This document shows positions 1-11,812 of a stretch of DNA of 64,000 nucleotides, one piece after another. Positions within the stretch are counted from its first letter, which is position 1, and every line of letters begins with the position of its first letter. The notes below the pieces were generated by a model, which had not been told where the DNA came from, did no database searches, and worked only from the letters and a program-made list of their open reading frames with translations. Origin of the DNA: Mobula hypostoma (Eukaryota); assembly GCF_963921235.1 (NCBI RefSeq), contig NC_086097.1:208880001-208944000 (forward strand), written 5' to 3'. The translations under genes were made by a program, and so were the position numbers.

Positions 1-545
1 GGCTTCCTGTGTCACCACCACCCACCCCACAGCAGTTGTCTTCTTCATCACACTTTCGATGAGGGGCATTTCTATGATTCTACCTGGCCCCCAGCTGTAC
101 ATCAAATATTGCATCATGGATCAAAGCACAGTTCTCAGTCACTCTGAGTCCATCGTGATATGTCTCTTTGTTCAAACTTTTCACAATTCCATCTCTCGAT
201 TAGATCCATAAACAGTTAAGATAGTGCCACGTAGATACATACCATGTTCTTTGCCTCTATTAGCACTAAAGCTAGATGTAATATCATGCTGAGGTGATTT
301 TATGAAATGAATGCAGTCTGACTGCAACACCATCAGATTTCCAATACAAGTTGTAGCCCTCACTCTGATCACATTTGGGACAAAGGTCTTTAGAATTTTT
401 ACCTGCTATAGATTGCTGTAAGTGTACTGTTTGCAGTTTGCACAGTGTACATCAATATGTGGAACTCTGTCCAAATTCCTAATCAGTGTGAAAATTAACT
501 TAAAAGTGCATATGCTAGAAATCTGAAATGAAAACACAAAATATA

Positions 546-760
546 AAAGTTGCTGGTGAACGCAGCAGGCCAGGCAGCATCTCTAGGAAGAGGTGCAGTC
601 GACGTTTCAGGCTGAGACCCTAGTCCTGATGAAGGGTCTCGGCCTGAAACGTCGACTGCACCTCTTCCTAGAGATGCTGCCTGGCCTGCTGCGTTCACCA
701 GCAACTTTCATGTGTGTTGTTTGAATTTCTTGCATCTGCAGAATTCCTGTTGTTTGCGTG
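546..760. mobile_element. Penelope-like terminal-repeat fold-back element (inverted arms 546-621 / 633-708), nested in an older Penelope-like tail relic (~505-850)
   Basis: Arms of about 75 bp are reverse complements (aaagttgctggtgaacgcagcaggcc...ggcctgctgcgttcaccagcaacttt). The same tail is attached to GIY-YIG coding sequence at 11815-13045. Confidence 0.85.
621..658 (+). ncRNA. Minimal type I hammerhead ribozyme motif
   Basis: tagtc CTGATGA agggtctcggcct GAAA cg TC gactg. Core boxes are intact, stem I is tagtc/gactg, stem III is the palindrome ACGT, and cleavage is predicted after C653. Confidence 0.75.
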
Positions 761-1419
761 GTCAGGAAGCAGGACAGAAGAAGAAACAGAGTTAATGTTT
801 CAAGTCCAAAAACAGCCAGGGTTTCCAGAATTTTCTGTTTATATTTCATCATCTCTTTTGTTTAATGGGTTAATTATTATTCTTTCCACGATACAGGTAA
901 CGAGAACTAGGGCTGGAGTTCCAAACCTTGAAGTTTTGACATTCCTTCTTTGGATGATTTCTTAATCTATCTTTCCAAACAGAATCACATTACTGTGATT
1001 CCTTTTCATTTTGTTACCCATTGACAGTACAATGCTTGCTTTGCAGTTACTCATCTTTCTGTATTATTTATTTTAGCTTATTATCAAATTTATTTATAAC
1101 ATTTACTCATTTTCTATTGTTGCTTCGGCATGTTCTCACTTGCCCGGATAGTTTTTATGATGGACTTACCATGTATAACAGTGTCAGTTCCAATACTGTG
1201 CCACAAAAAAATTGTTAACTGTTTTTATGCCTCATCTGCATGGGTTGTAGGTTTTCAGTATTCAAAAGGACAGACGACGTAGAAGCAGAGTTGGACCAGT
1301 TAGACTAAAAGATCAGCAATGACCTTATTCAATAAGATCAGGGCTGATCTTTTAATTCAGCAGTTTTAACCCCAAATCATTTGAGTTACTGAAGACCTAA
1401 AACTCTATTGTTAAGTATT

Positions 1420-2278
1420 AAGTCTTAGTGCGCATGCGCTGGTCATGCACGCAGCCTGGTACAGCCGTTCCGATCTATTCTTACTTTCTTCTTCTTACTT
1501 TTTAATTTACGTTATTTTTTGTATTTTTTTTTCTCACAGTAACACGTCGAAGCTGCACCCTCTCTAACATGCTGGTAGAGAGAGTTTTATTTGGGTTTTC
1601 TTTAGTGCTGGAAATGGTTACATCCCGACACGCGGGACAGAAGCAAGGTCGCATTGTGTATTCCACGGAACAGCAAAGACCGGCCGGTTTAGCGAACAGA
1701 GCGGCGGATACCCCTGCTGAAATCCGGAGGAAAACACACAGAGGATGCAGAGGAGGATCACAAAGCCGAGGAAAGAGGACCGGGTCGAGACAACAGAGAC
1801 TTTTGGAGAAGAGGAGTTTGGTGGGTAATACCGTTCCGGCTGACCGTAAGTGCACTGAGAGCGGTAAGTGTAAAGGAGTTGGGTGCTTACTGATCTGGTT
1901 AACAACGGATGGTGCAATCTGGGGCATGTTACGATCGAGGAACGTGTTTGCAGACTGGATATTGAACTTTTTACTGTTGGACTTCGGCCACATTCCACCG
2001 TGATACAACACTTGGCGGCAAGGGAGGTCATTCCTGCCTGTGGCCATCGAACGTGCATCTCCTCCCGTGGAGGGTCAGACACCCTGAGCCAATAGACTGG
2101 TCCTGGACTTATTTTCCATCTGGCATAGTTTGCATTTTGTTGTTTGATTGTTGGGGGGTTTTGTATTGCTATATTTACGCTCTATTCTTGGTTGGTGCGG
2201 CTGTAACGAAACCAAATTTCCCTCTGGATTAATAAAGTATATCTATCTATCTATCTATCTATCTATTTATCTATCTAT
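1420..2278 (+). mobile_element. Internally deleted non-autonomous Rex1/Babar-type LINE derivative
   Basis: The 5' part encodes a basic N-terminal peptide (RRKTHRGCRGGS...). The 3' part (2020-2278) matches the ORF end GGSDTLSQ*, 3' UTR and (TCTA)n tail of the LINE at 5950-6745. It is flanked by a decayed minus-strand CR1. Confidence 0.7.
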
Positions 2279-3299
2279 TTTCAATACACTCAGTGTCTCA
2301 ACCTCCACAGCACTCTTGGATAAAGAATCTTGAAGATTCCCTGCCACCAAAGTAAAGAAATTTTCCTCATCATTTCGAAGTACAAGAGGAGATAGTGCTG
2401 GGTCTTTTAAAAAGTATTAAGGTGGATAAATCCCCAGGGCCAGAAGGGATTTATAACCCAGGTTACTGAGAGAGGTAGGTGAAGAGTTCACTGGGCCCTT
2501 CACTAATAGTATAGTGTCCTCTCTAACAACAGGCAAGGTCCTGGAGGACTGAGTAGCTAATGTTCCATTGTTCAAGAAGGGAACCAATGATAATCCTGGA
2601 AACTATAGACCTGTGAGCCTCATGTCACTGGTAGGGAAGTTGATGGAGACAATTCTTGGGGATAGGATTATGAATATTTGGAAAACTATGACCTAATTAG
2701 AGTGTGCTAGCGTGGCTTTGAGCCGGGCAAACTGTGACTTAATAACTTGATTTTGTGTTTTTTTTGATGAGGTCCTGAGTGTGATGGATGAAGACAGAGC
2801 CATAGATGGTGTCTACATAGATTCTAGTAAGGTGTTTGAGAAGGTCCATCATGTGAGGCTCATCCAGAAGATTAAGATGAATGGGATCCATGGTGAATTA
2901 GCCATTGAAACTCAGAACTAGCTTGCCCATAGAAGACGGAGGGTAGAGGCCAAGGAGATTTATTCTAGCTGGAGGTCTGTGATTAGTGGTGTTCTGCAGG
3001 GATCTGTATTGGGACCACTGCTGTTTGTGATGTATATAAATCACCTGGATGAAGATGTCGATAGATGGGTTAGTAAGTTTGCAGATCATATGAAGATTAG
3101 TGGTCTTGAGGATAGCATTGATGATTGGCAAAGGGTATAGTGCGATATAGGTCAGTTGCAAATATGGGCAGAGAAATGGCAGATGAAAGATGCAAACCTT
3201 TAACAGTATTGATAAGCAGAGGGATCTTAGGGTCCAAGATCATAGCTCAGTGACAGTGGCTACACAGGCTGATGGGGTGGCTACGAAGGCAGATGGCAT

Positions 3300-3757
3300 G
3301 ATGATGATTATGAGGACACGCAGTCCCCTTTTATTGTCATTTAGTAATGCATGCATTAAGAAATGATAAAATGTTTTTCCAGAATGATATCACGAAAACA
3401 CATGACAAACCGACTTAAAAACGAACAAAAACCACATAATTATAACATATAGTTACAACAGTGCAAAGCAATACTGTAATTTGATAAGAACAGACCATGG
3501 CACAGTAAAAGTCTCAAAGTCTCTCGAAAGTCCCATCGTCTCACGCAGACGGTAAGCCTTCAGTGCCGCCAACTTGCCGATGCAGCAACATGGAAGCATC
3601 CGACCACAGTCTGACTCCGAGTCTGTCCGAAAACTCCAAACCACGGACCACCTCTTTGACACCGAGCACCGAGCACCATCTCTGCCGAGCGCTTCAACCC
3701 GGCCCCGGTAACAGGTGATACGCAAAGCCGAGGATTTGGGGCCTTTGTCTCCAGAGA
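3300..3757 (-). mobile_element. Retroelement 3' end (AATAAA signal plus (ATC)n tail) inserted in CR1
   Basis: Interrupts the CR1 sequence ggcatg|...|atgctcgcc. The minus strand ends in AATAAA followed by catcatcat. Confidence 0.55.
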
Positions 3758-4231
3758 TGCTCGCCTTTATTACTTGATGCATTGAGTTCAAAAGTCAGGA
3801 TATGTTGTAGCTTTATAAAACTCTAGGTGGGCTGCATCTGGAGTATTGCATATTGTTCTGGTTGCCCCATTATAGGAAGGATGTTGAAGCTTTAGAGAGG
3901 GTGGAGAAGAAATTTAACAGAATGCTGCCTGGGTTAGAGGGCATGTGCTACAACAAGAGATTGGACAAATTTGAATGAATTACTCTAAAGCAACAGAGGC
4001 TGAGAGAAGATCTGATAGAGGTTATAAGATTATGAAAGGCATAGACAGAGTAGACAGACAAAATCCTTTTCTCAGGTTCCAATGCCAAAAGACAAGAATT
4101 TAAGGTAAGAGGGGGTAATTTCAAAGGAGATGAGACGGGTAAGTTTTTTACACAGAGAGTGGTGAGTGCCTGGAATACGCTGCCTAAGGTGGTGGTAGAG
4201 GCAGGTACATTAGAGACTTTTACAAGGCTTT

Positions 4232-4324
4232 AGCAACACACACAAAATGCTGGAGGAACTCAGTAGGCCAGGCAGCATCTTTAGAAAAGAGTATAGTCGA
4301 CGTGGGGGGCCGAGACCCTTCATA
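4232..4324 (-). mobile_element. Penelope-like tail fragment with degenerate hammerhead, inserted in a CR1 3' end
   Basis: gcaacacacacaaaatgctggaggaactcag...gtcgacgt...ccgagacccttcat. Confidence 0.75.
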
Positions 4325-5177
4325 GCTAGGCACATGAATGTGAGGAAAATGGAAGGATATGGACGTTGTGTAGGCAGAGGGGTTTAGTTTAGTTGGCCAT
4401 TCGATTACTAATTTATTTGGGTCAGCATGAAATTAAGGGCCAAAGGACTGTTCCTGTGTTGTACCATTCTATGTTCTATGTTTTTTCACTCCCTCAAATG
4501 GCCAATCCCATATCTATGATTGTTGTGACCTCACTTTCAAATTAGGGGAAACATCATCCCTGCAGCTACATTGTTATAGCCCGTAAGAATTTTATTTATT
4601 TTTAAATATAAGGAAGTATGGGCCGGGTCTGCATAATCACTCCCCAGAAAGTAAACTGGGATCAAACTGGTGAACATTTGCCACACTTCCTTAGAAATCA
4701 ATCTTTCAATCTATTATTCCTCCCCATAAATGCTGCTTGACCTGTTGAGTTCCTCCAGCGTTCTGTGTATGACCTCACATTTTCAACATTATTTTCTATT
4801 TGAAATGTTCTATGCCAATTCTCTTAACTTGAAGTCATTCTGTATCCTCCTCACAACCCACGGACCCCTTCAGCTTTGTATCATCCGGGATATGGACCAG
4901 ATGTGGGCAAACGAGGCTAGCCTAGATGGGCATATTGGTCAGCATGCATGAGATTCTGTCTGTGCTGTATTGTTGTACATCTCTACTACTCTATAGGCTA
5001 GACTAACTGGTGCACATTTCTCTGTTTTCTACCTCTCATCTTTACTAAATAGTCTTCTGTTTAGACATTTTTTCACGAACAAGGAACATTTGTTGCATTT
5101 CATTTCCTTGGGTCCTGGGGTAACTTATGAGTCATTGTGGGAAAACGTTTCCACAGATGGGTCATGCAAGAATGCAG

Positions 5178-5450
5178 TTTATTTATTTATGTTCGTTTGT
5201 TTGTTTGTTTATTCAGATACAGCGCAGAATAGGCCCTTCTGGCCCCCATTTTAATTCTTGCCTAATCACAGGACAATTTACAATGGCCAACCAACGTACA
5301 ATTTGGTGCACCTTTGGACTGTGGGAAGAAACTGGAGCACCCAGAGAAATCCTATACATTCACAGGGAGAACCTACAACTCCTTACAGGCAGCGACCGGA
5401 TTTGAACCAAAGGTCACCTGTACTGTAAAGCATTGTGCTTACCACTACTC
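5178..5450 (-). mobile_element. V-SINE (tRNA-derived head, V domain, CR1-like tail)
   Basis: Reverse complement of the V-domain motif (tgtgggaagaaactggagcaccc) and a (TTTA)n tail. Confidence 0.75.
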
Positions 5451-5529
5451 ATACTCCATATGAGGAGGCCTGAACCTTCCACCATCAATGCAGAACTTCT
5501 ATCTGTTCCCAAAGCCTTGGAGTCTTTTG

Positions 5530-5938
5530 TCCTTGGAGTGACGGAGGATGAGAGGTGACCTGATAGAGGTGTATAAGATGATGAGAGGCATTGATCTTGT
5601 GGATAGTCAGAGGCTTTTTCCCAGGGCTGAAATGGTAACACTAGTGAGCACAGTTTTAAGGTGCTTGGAAGTAGGTACAGAGGAGATGTCAGGGGTAAGT
5701 TTTTTATGCAGAGAGTGGTGAGTGCGTAGAATGGGCTGCTGGTGGCGGTGGTGGAGACGGATACAATAGGGTCCTTTAAGAGACTCCTGGATAGGTACAT
5801 GGAGCTTAGAAAAATAGAGGGCTATGAGTAACCCAAGGTGATTTCTAAAGTAAGTACATGTTTGGCACAGCATTGTGGGCCAAAGGGCATGTATTGTGCT
5901 GTAGGTTTTCTATATTTCTATGTTTCTATGTTTCTAAA
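5530..5938 (+). mobile_element. CR1 LINE 3' end
   Basis: RGDLIEVYK...FFMQRVV motifs and a (TTTCTATG)n tail. Confidence 0.9.
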
Positions 5939-5949
5939 GCATGTTTCTT

Positions 5950-6745
5950 CTGGTGTGAGCAGAATTATCTGCAGCTTAATGTGAAAAAGACTAAGGAGCT
6001 GGTGGTAGACCTGAGGAGAGCTAAGGCACCGGTGACCCCTGTTTCCATCCAGGGGGTCAGTGTGGACATGGTGGAGGATTACAAATACCTGGGGATACGA
6101 ATTGACAATAAACTGGACTGGTCAAAGAACACTGAGGCTGTCTACAAGAAGGGTCAGAGTCGTCTCTATTTCTTGAAGAGACTGAGGTCCTTTAACATCT
6201 GCTGGACGATGCTGAGGATGTTCTACGAGTCTGTGGTGGCCAGTGCTATCATGTTTGCTGTTGTGTGCTGGGGCAGCAGGCTGAGGGTAGCAGACACCAA
6301 CAGAATCAACAAACTCATTCGTAAGGCCAGTGATGTTGTGGGGATGGAACTGGACTCTCTGACGGTGGTGTCTGAAAAGAGGATACTGTCCAAGTTGCAT
6401 GCCATCTTGGACAATGTCTCCCATCCACTACATAATGTACTGGTTGGGCACAGGAGTACATTCAGCCAGAGACTCATTCCACCGAGATGCAACACTATGC
6501 ATCATGGGAAGTCATTCCTGTCTGTGGCCATCAAACTTTACAACTCCTCCCTTGGAGGGTCAGACACCCTGAGCCAGTAGGCTGGTCCTGGACTTAATTC
6601 CATCTGGCATAATTTACATGTTGTTATTTAATTATTTATGGTTTTTATATTGCTATACTTATACTCTATTCTTGGTTGGTGCAACTGTAACGAAACCCAA
6701 TTTCCCTCGGGATCAATAAAGTGTGTCTATCTATCTATCTATCTA
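5950..6745 (+). mobile_element. Rex1/Babar-clade LINE, 5'-truncated, with an intact C-terminal ORF segment (to 6580)
   Basis: WCEQNYLQLNVKKTKELVVD...YKYLG...RLYFLKRLRSF...FYESVVAS...GGSDTLSQ*; (TCTA)n tail. Confidence 0.9.
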
Positions 6746-7339
6746 TTCTCAATTTTCAGTTTCTACTCACAAACTACACCAATTATGTGATTTGAGTGGA
6801 TCCAGTGTAATATATTCAAGTTTACTGTGTTGCACAGCTGGTGGACGTGTTGCTTATGAGAAAATCAGTGTCAGAGGTCAAGATTGAACACGGGTTTCGG
6901 GAGCTGTAAGGCAGCAGTGCTACTGGCTGTGCCACTGTGGAAACATTATTAGGCTTTCTCTTTGAACTAACATCAGCTTCTCAGCATTTCCACTTTTCCC
7001 CTTGAGGTGGTGTTTATCTTGAAGTCGTTGCTTGTAAACTATGCATTGATTCTTCAATTGTGAGCCATTGTTTGTTCTCTAAGGCATTGTTTAATGTGTT
7101 TTCCTAATATGTTACAGTCTCTATGATAGGTTATATTCAGATTTAAGCTCTAGGTTTCAGATCAATGAATCATTTTCAGTTTTTATATGAAATTCCATTA
7201 TATTAGGATTTCTCTTTGTGAAAAGCCCTTTGAACGGCTTGAACAGCCTTACTAGATTTAAAACAGTCTGTTCCCTCATCCTCAATGTTCTGTGCTAGAA
7301 AGTGACCTCTAATGCATTCCATGAATTTGTCCTCCAAAT

Positions 7340-7540
7340 TTTAGAATTTAGAATTTAGAATTTATTTAAATCTTACATCCATCTCACGACGTGAGGGAGT
7401 AAAAATCTTTGTGTTATGACTCAGTTGCAACGTACAGACACGCAAATTTAAAAGTCTAATAGCTTGCAGAAAGAAGCTGTCCCATGGCCTGCTGGTCCTT
7501 GCTTTAAATACTGCAGTATTGTTTGCCAGACGGTTTGGTC
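7340..7540 (-). mobile_element. LINE 3' end with (TTCTAAA)n tail
   Basis: tttagaatttagaatttagaa followed by Rex1-like 3' sequence. Confidence 0.45.
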
Positions 7541-7839
7541 AATCTCTCTGCAAACTACCCAGGATTATTATATTACCCTTTGAAATGAGCCTCTGATTTC
7601 ATGATTTATACTCTGCCCTGCATTGTATCTTATGATAAGGGGATGCATGCAGCCTGCATTAATGACTTCTGCCCCTTGCTATTCCTCTGTGTGATTTTCT
7701 GTTTTAAGATTCTACATTTTCACTGTATTTATCCCATTTTAAAATATATTATTTTTTGCAATGTATTGCGCTTTTTATATTTTTCTGGTAATTTTTGCTG
7801 GTTGGGAAGTGGAACTGGTAGACCATAGTTTTACATCAA

Positions 7840-8148
7840 AGGCATCCGTTAGTCTTGCGAGACCATGGATCTGCGCCTGGAAAGTCTTCACTCTCCAGGG
7901 CGCAGGCCTGGGCAAGGTTGTATGGAAAACCAGCAGTTGCCCATGCTGCAAGTCTCCCCTCTCCACGACACCAATGTTGGCCAAGGGAAGGGCATTAGGA
8001 CCCATATAGCTTGGCATCAGTGTCGTCGCAGAGCAATGTGTGATTAAGTGCCTTGCTCAAGGACACAACACGCTGCCTTGGCTGGGGCTCGAACTCACAA
8101 CTTTCAGGTTGCTAGTCCAACGCCTTAACCACTTGGCCACGTGCCCAC
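7840..8148 (-). mobile_element. CORE-type SINE with 13-bp TSD
   Basis: Minus strand has tRNA-like A box tggccaagtgg, B box gttcgagcc and CORE motif tgtgtccttgagcaaggcacttaa. TSD agttttacatcaa at 7827-7839 and 8149-8161. Confidence 0.85.
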
Positions 8149-8801
8149 AGTTTTACATCAACCTGTGTCAATTGATCAAAAAAAGACAATGAGCCTCAGC
8201 CTGCAATTTCCCAATCAGCAGATTCTGACAATGCTCAAGTCAGATGACACTTGTTTGCAGGCAGTAGTCTGACAAATGCTGATAGTGGTTTTGCTACAGA
8301 TCAGAAAACTCGACACTGTACTATATGGCAAATGCTATGGTCTGTAGACCGATCATCATTTAAAATCACTTTGACCAACGGGCAAAATAAAACTAAGTTG
8401 GTCCATTCAGAGTGAGGACCTGGTTATTGTAAGTGTCTTACTAATCATTTCATCTAATCTGCTGTGGGATGAAAGCACCTATAATTGACATCAGAAGTAG
8501 AAGCAACATTACCTGAACACAGTGCTAAATTTATCAGGTGACTGGCACATGATTACCTCATGAACACAATCGGTTATCTCCCTTGTTTGTTTATGACATT
8601 CTGCTAATATCTGTTAGCCTTGGCCACGCTCCTTCGCCTATTCCAGCTGATACAAAAAGACAAACATTAACAAAGCCATTCTTCAACTGGAATTTACTGT
8701 TTCATCTGGAGCACAGTAACCTGAATACATTGATACCGCTTACACAGGACTGCCAAGAACATAGCGCTGCCAACAATTTGATCCCTCTTCCTTTCAATTA
8801 T

Positions 8802-9100
8802 AGGGTGGCATGGTAGTGTCACGGTTAGTGCAACATTATTGCAGTTCAGGGCATCGGAGTTCAGAAATCAACTTTGATGCCATGTCCCAAGGAGTTCCTA
8901 TGTTCTCCCGGTGACCGCTTGGGTTTCCTGCGGGTGCTCCGGTAACCTCCCACAGAACAAAGACGTACCGGTTAGTAGGTCCATTGTTCATTGCAAATTC
9001 TCCTGTGATCAGCCTGGTGTTGAATAGCTGGGTTTCTGGGCAGGATGGCTCGTTGGACCGGAAGGGCCTGTTGCAATCTGTATCTCTGAATAAATAAATC
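8802..9100 (+). mobile_element. V-SINE
   Basis: Head ggtggcatggtagtg, V domain gttctccc...gggtttcctgcgggtgctccggt...ctcccaca, CR1-like tail gaagggcctgtt...aataaataaat. Confidence 0.8.
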
Positions 9101-10229
9101 ATGGAAAGAAAATGCAGTGATCCCCTTCTCACTTTCACCCCTATACTGAACCACTGATAGTAGGTTCAGTACCGGCGCTCATACTGAATTCTGCTAAAAA
9201 GAAGAATTGTTCAATATACTCCACACATACCAGTTCTCATTTTATAATCCTGAAAGTGCATTCTTTTAAAGTTTGGGTCAATAATATGTTTATTGGAGAA
9301 TGACAACATTGCATTCTATGGTTCTTTCTTTTTCCAGAATGCTGAATGATAGCACTTGATGTTTGCAGATGCTTTGAAAGTCTGTGCTATAATGTCACAC
9401 TTGTTAACAGATAAAGTTACTTGGACAGTCCTATATAGAGTTCACTGCAACTGATCAATTTTTCATTCTGATTTTCTGATATTGACCTAAATCAAACTGC
9501 TGACTTCAAAAACCACCCTCCATCACTTACCCTGCCCCCACACCCATCAAACTGTGTTAGTCTCATGGCTGCTTTAAATTTTTGAGGCCCAGTGGCTCCT
9601 TCTGATGGTGATGTCTTAGTCTGGAGCTGTCCCACGAGCACTGCAGGCCAAGATTGGCAATCACACCTCTATATAATGCACCCTGAGTCCCACTCCTAGC
9701 ACTGGCGGTGAACTTGTGATAGTACTCTCAAAGGCCATTTTCACTGCTGTAATATATGTTCAGGTGTAGTAAAAATACAATTGAAATTTATTAATACAAT
9801 CAAAAAACTACAAACTAGGCACTGGTAATTTGTGAAAATCATTAATATCAAACAAAATAAACAAGAACAGACAAATTTGCCACTTTAAGTTTGGCAAATT
9901 CATTCAAATGAATAGGACAACTCTGGAGGTGTCAGTAGTCACTCAAATAAAGCTGAGGGGATACAGATGATCTATACACAGCCTTCAGTTTAATTAATAA
10001 TAGAATGTCCCTGGACTCAATGGTGAAGATCCCCAAGCTAGGATTAAATCAATTGGAGCAGGAGTTTATTCAAACATTCTGATTTACCTTTCTTATTATT
10101 CGATGATCTTTCCTACTAATTGACACTGCATTATAATGGGAGTTTATAAAATTCTCTAGTTTTATGCTGGTTCTTTTGATTCTGGCTATTATATGTCAAA
10201 ACATGGAAGCCCATTCATGAACTCTCACA

Positions 10230-11200
10230 GCCCCAGTGACCCTGTGATTTCAGTCTCTGAGACTGAAGAGAGAGCATCTGGTTGGAGGGTGAACCCATGG
10301 AAAGGATCATGTACCTGGCCAAGTACTAAAGACCTCTGTTGATCAACTGGCTGAATCATTCACTGATATCTTTAATCTCTCTCTTTGTCAGTCTGAGGTA
10401 CCTTCCTGCTTCAAGCAGGTTTCAGTTATACCAGTGCCTAAGAATAACATGGTAACCTGTCTCAGTGAATATCTTCCAGTAGCACTTACATCCACTGTGA
10501 TGAAGAAAGCATAGCAACGCCTCTACTTTAATAGAAGTTTGTGAAAGTTCTGTATGTCATCAAAAACTTTGACAAACTTCTATGTATGTGTGGTCGACTG
10601 GTTGCATCACAGGCTGGTATGGAAACATCAACGTCTTTGGAAGGAAAATCCTACAAAAAGTAGTCGATACAGCCCAGTCCCTCACAGATAAAGCCTTGTC
10701 GCCTTTGAGCACATCTACATGGATCGCTAGAGCAGGAAAGCAGCATTCATCATCAGGGACCCCTACCACCCAGTGCATGCTCGTGTCTCGCTACTGCCAC
10801 TAGGAAGGAGGTAGACTCAAGACCTGCACCATCATGTTCAGGAACAGTTATTACCTATCAACGTTCAGACTCTTAAACCAGAAAGGATAACTGCATTTAA
10901 CTTCACTCATCCCATCACTGAACTGTTCCGACAACCTATAAACTCACTTTCAAGGGCTCTTCATCACATGTTCTCGATATTTATTGATTATTGTTTTATC
11001 ACTATCATTATTATTATTATTTTCTTTTTTTGTATTTTCACCATTTGTAGACTTTTGCACATTGGTTCTAGTCCATCTTCTTGGGTGGGATCTTTCATTG
11101 ATTCTGTTTTTCTTTGTATTTCCAGTGAATGCCCACAAGAAAAAGAATCTCAGGGTTGTATATGGTGATATAAAAGTAGTGTGAACTGTGAACTTTGAAG
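10230..11200 (+). mobile_element. Decayed, internally deleted Rex1/Babar LINE
   Basis: FTDIFNLSL..SEVPSCFKQ..IPVPK, TGCITGWYGN and KILQKVV motifs; tail ending gaactttgaa. Confidence 0.8.
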
Positions 11201-11812
11201 ATATTTACTGCAACTACAATGAACCTCTGAAGTAACCAGTCCATACATATGTTAGGCTTCAGCGTTCATTCAAAATTGCCCCAGGGCTGAAAGACCTGTG
11301 TTGAAGAGCCTTGAATATCATAAATCCTATTGCTATCAACATTTATTTTTGACTTCAGATTCAAGTTAGTCCCATGCTTGCTGTCATTCACCAAGAAAAT
11401 CCAGCTAACTTTAAAGATTCCTTACTTGACACCATGCACTTGATCTATACTGTTTATGAAAATATAGTTATAGACAAGTGGCTGAATATGCTGGGATCAG
11501 GAGCAAAAACAAATTGCTAGAACTCAGAGAGTCAAGCACCATCTGTGGAGGCAAATTAATTGTCAGTGTTTCGGGTCGAGACCCTATGTCAAGGCTCAAT
11601 GAGGCAGTGCCTCAACCCAAAACATTGACCTTCCCTTTGATTCAAAAACAAAATTGTATGATATGTCAATGATGTCCCTCTGGGATGATTGATTTTATAC
11701 AACTGTGTCGTTAAAAAATGACTTTATAGAAGAGTGACAACACAAGGCTCCCCTTTTGTTATTCACTTGATGCAAACAATACTTTATTTGCGATATATAT
11801 TTTACTATTCCT

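Larger units (their letters stand above)
2375..4480 (+). mobile_element. Decayed CR1-clade LINE (RT region to 3' UTR) with two nested insertions
   Basis: Broken-frame motifs KVDKSPGP, NYRPVSL, GSVLGPLLF and KFADHMK; ttctatg tail at about 4470. Confidence 0.9.

Noticed and set aside
181..402. Minus-strand ORF or possible exon
   Set aside because: Weak polypyrimidine tract and no recognisable peptide.
495..704. Recurrent small ORFs starting MLVNAAGQAAS
   Set aside because: Translation artefacts of the Penelope-like tail repeat.
8085..8148. tRNA-like sequence on the minus strand
   Set aside because: It is the head of a CORE-SINE with a TSD, not a tRNA gene.
8556..8646. Strong minus-strand acceptor (gtttgtctttttgtatcag) with a downstream donor
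   Set aside because: Stops in all three frames. It could only be a terminal or non-coding exon, which I cannot support.
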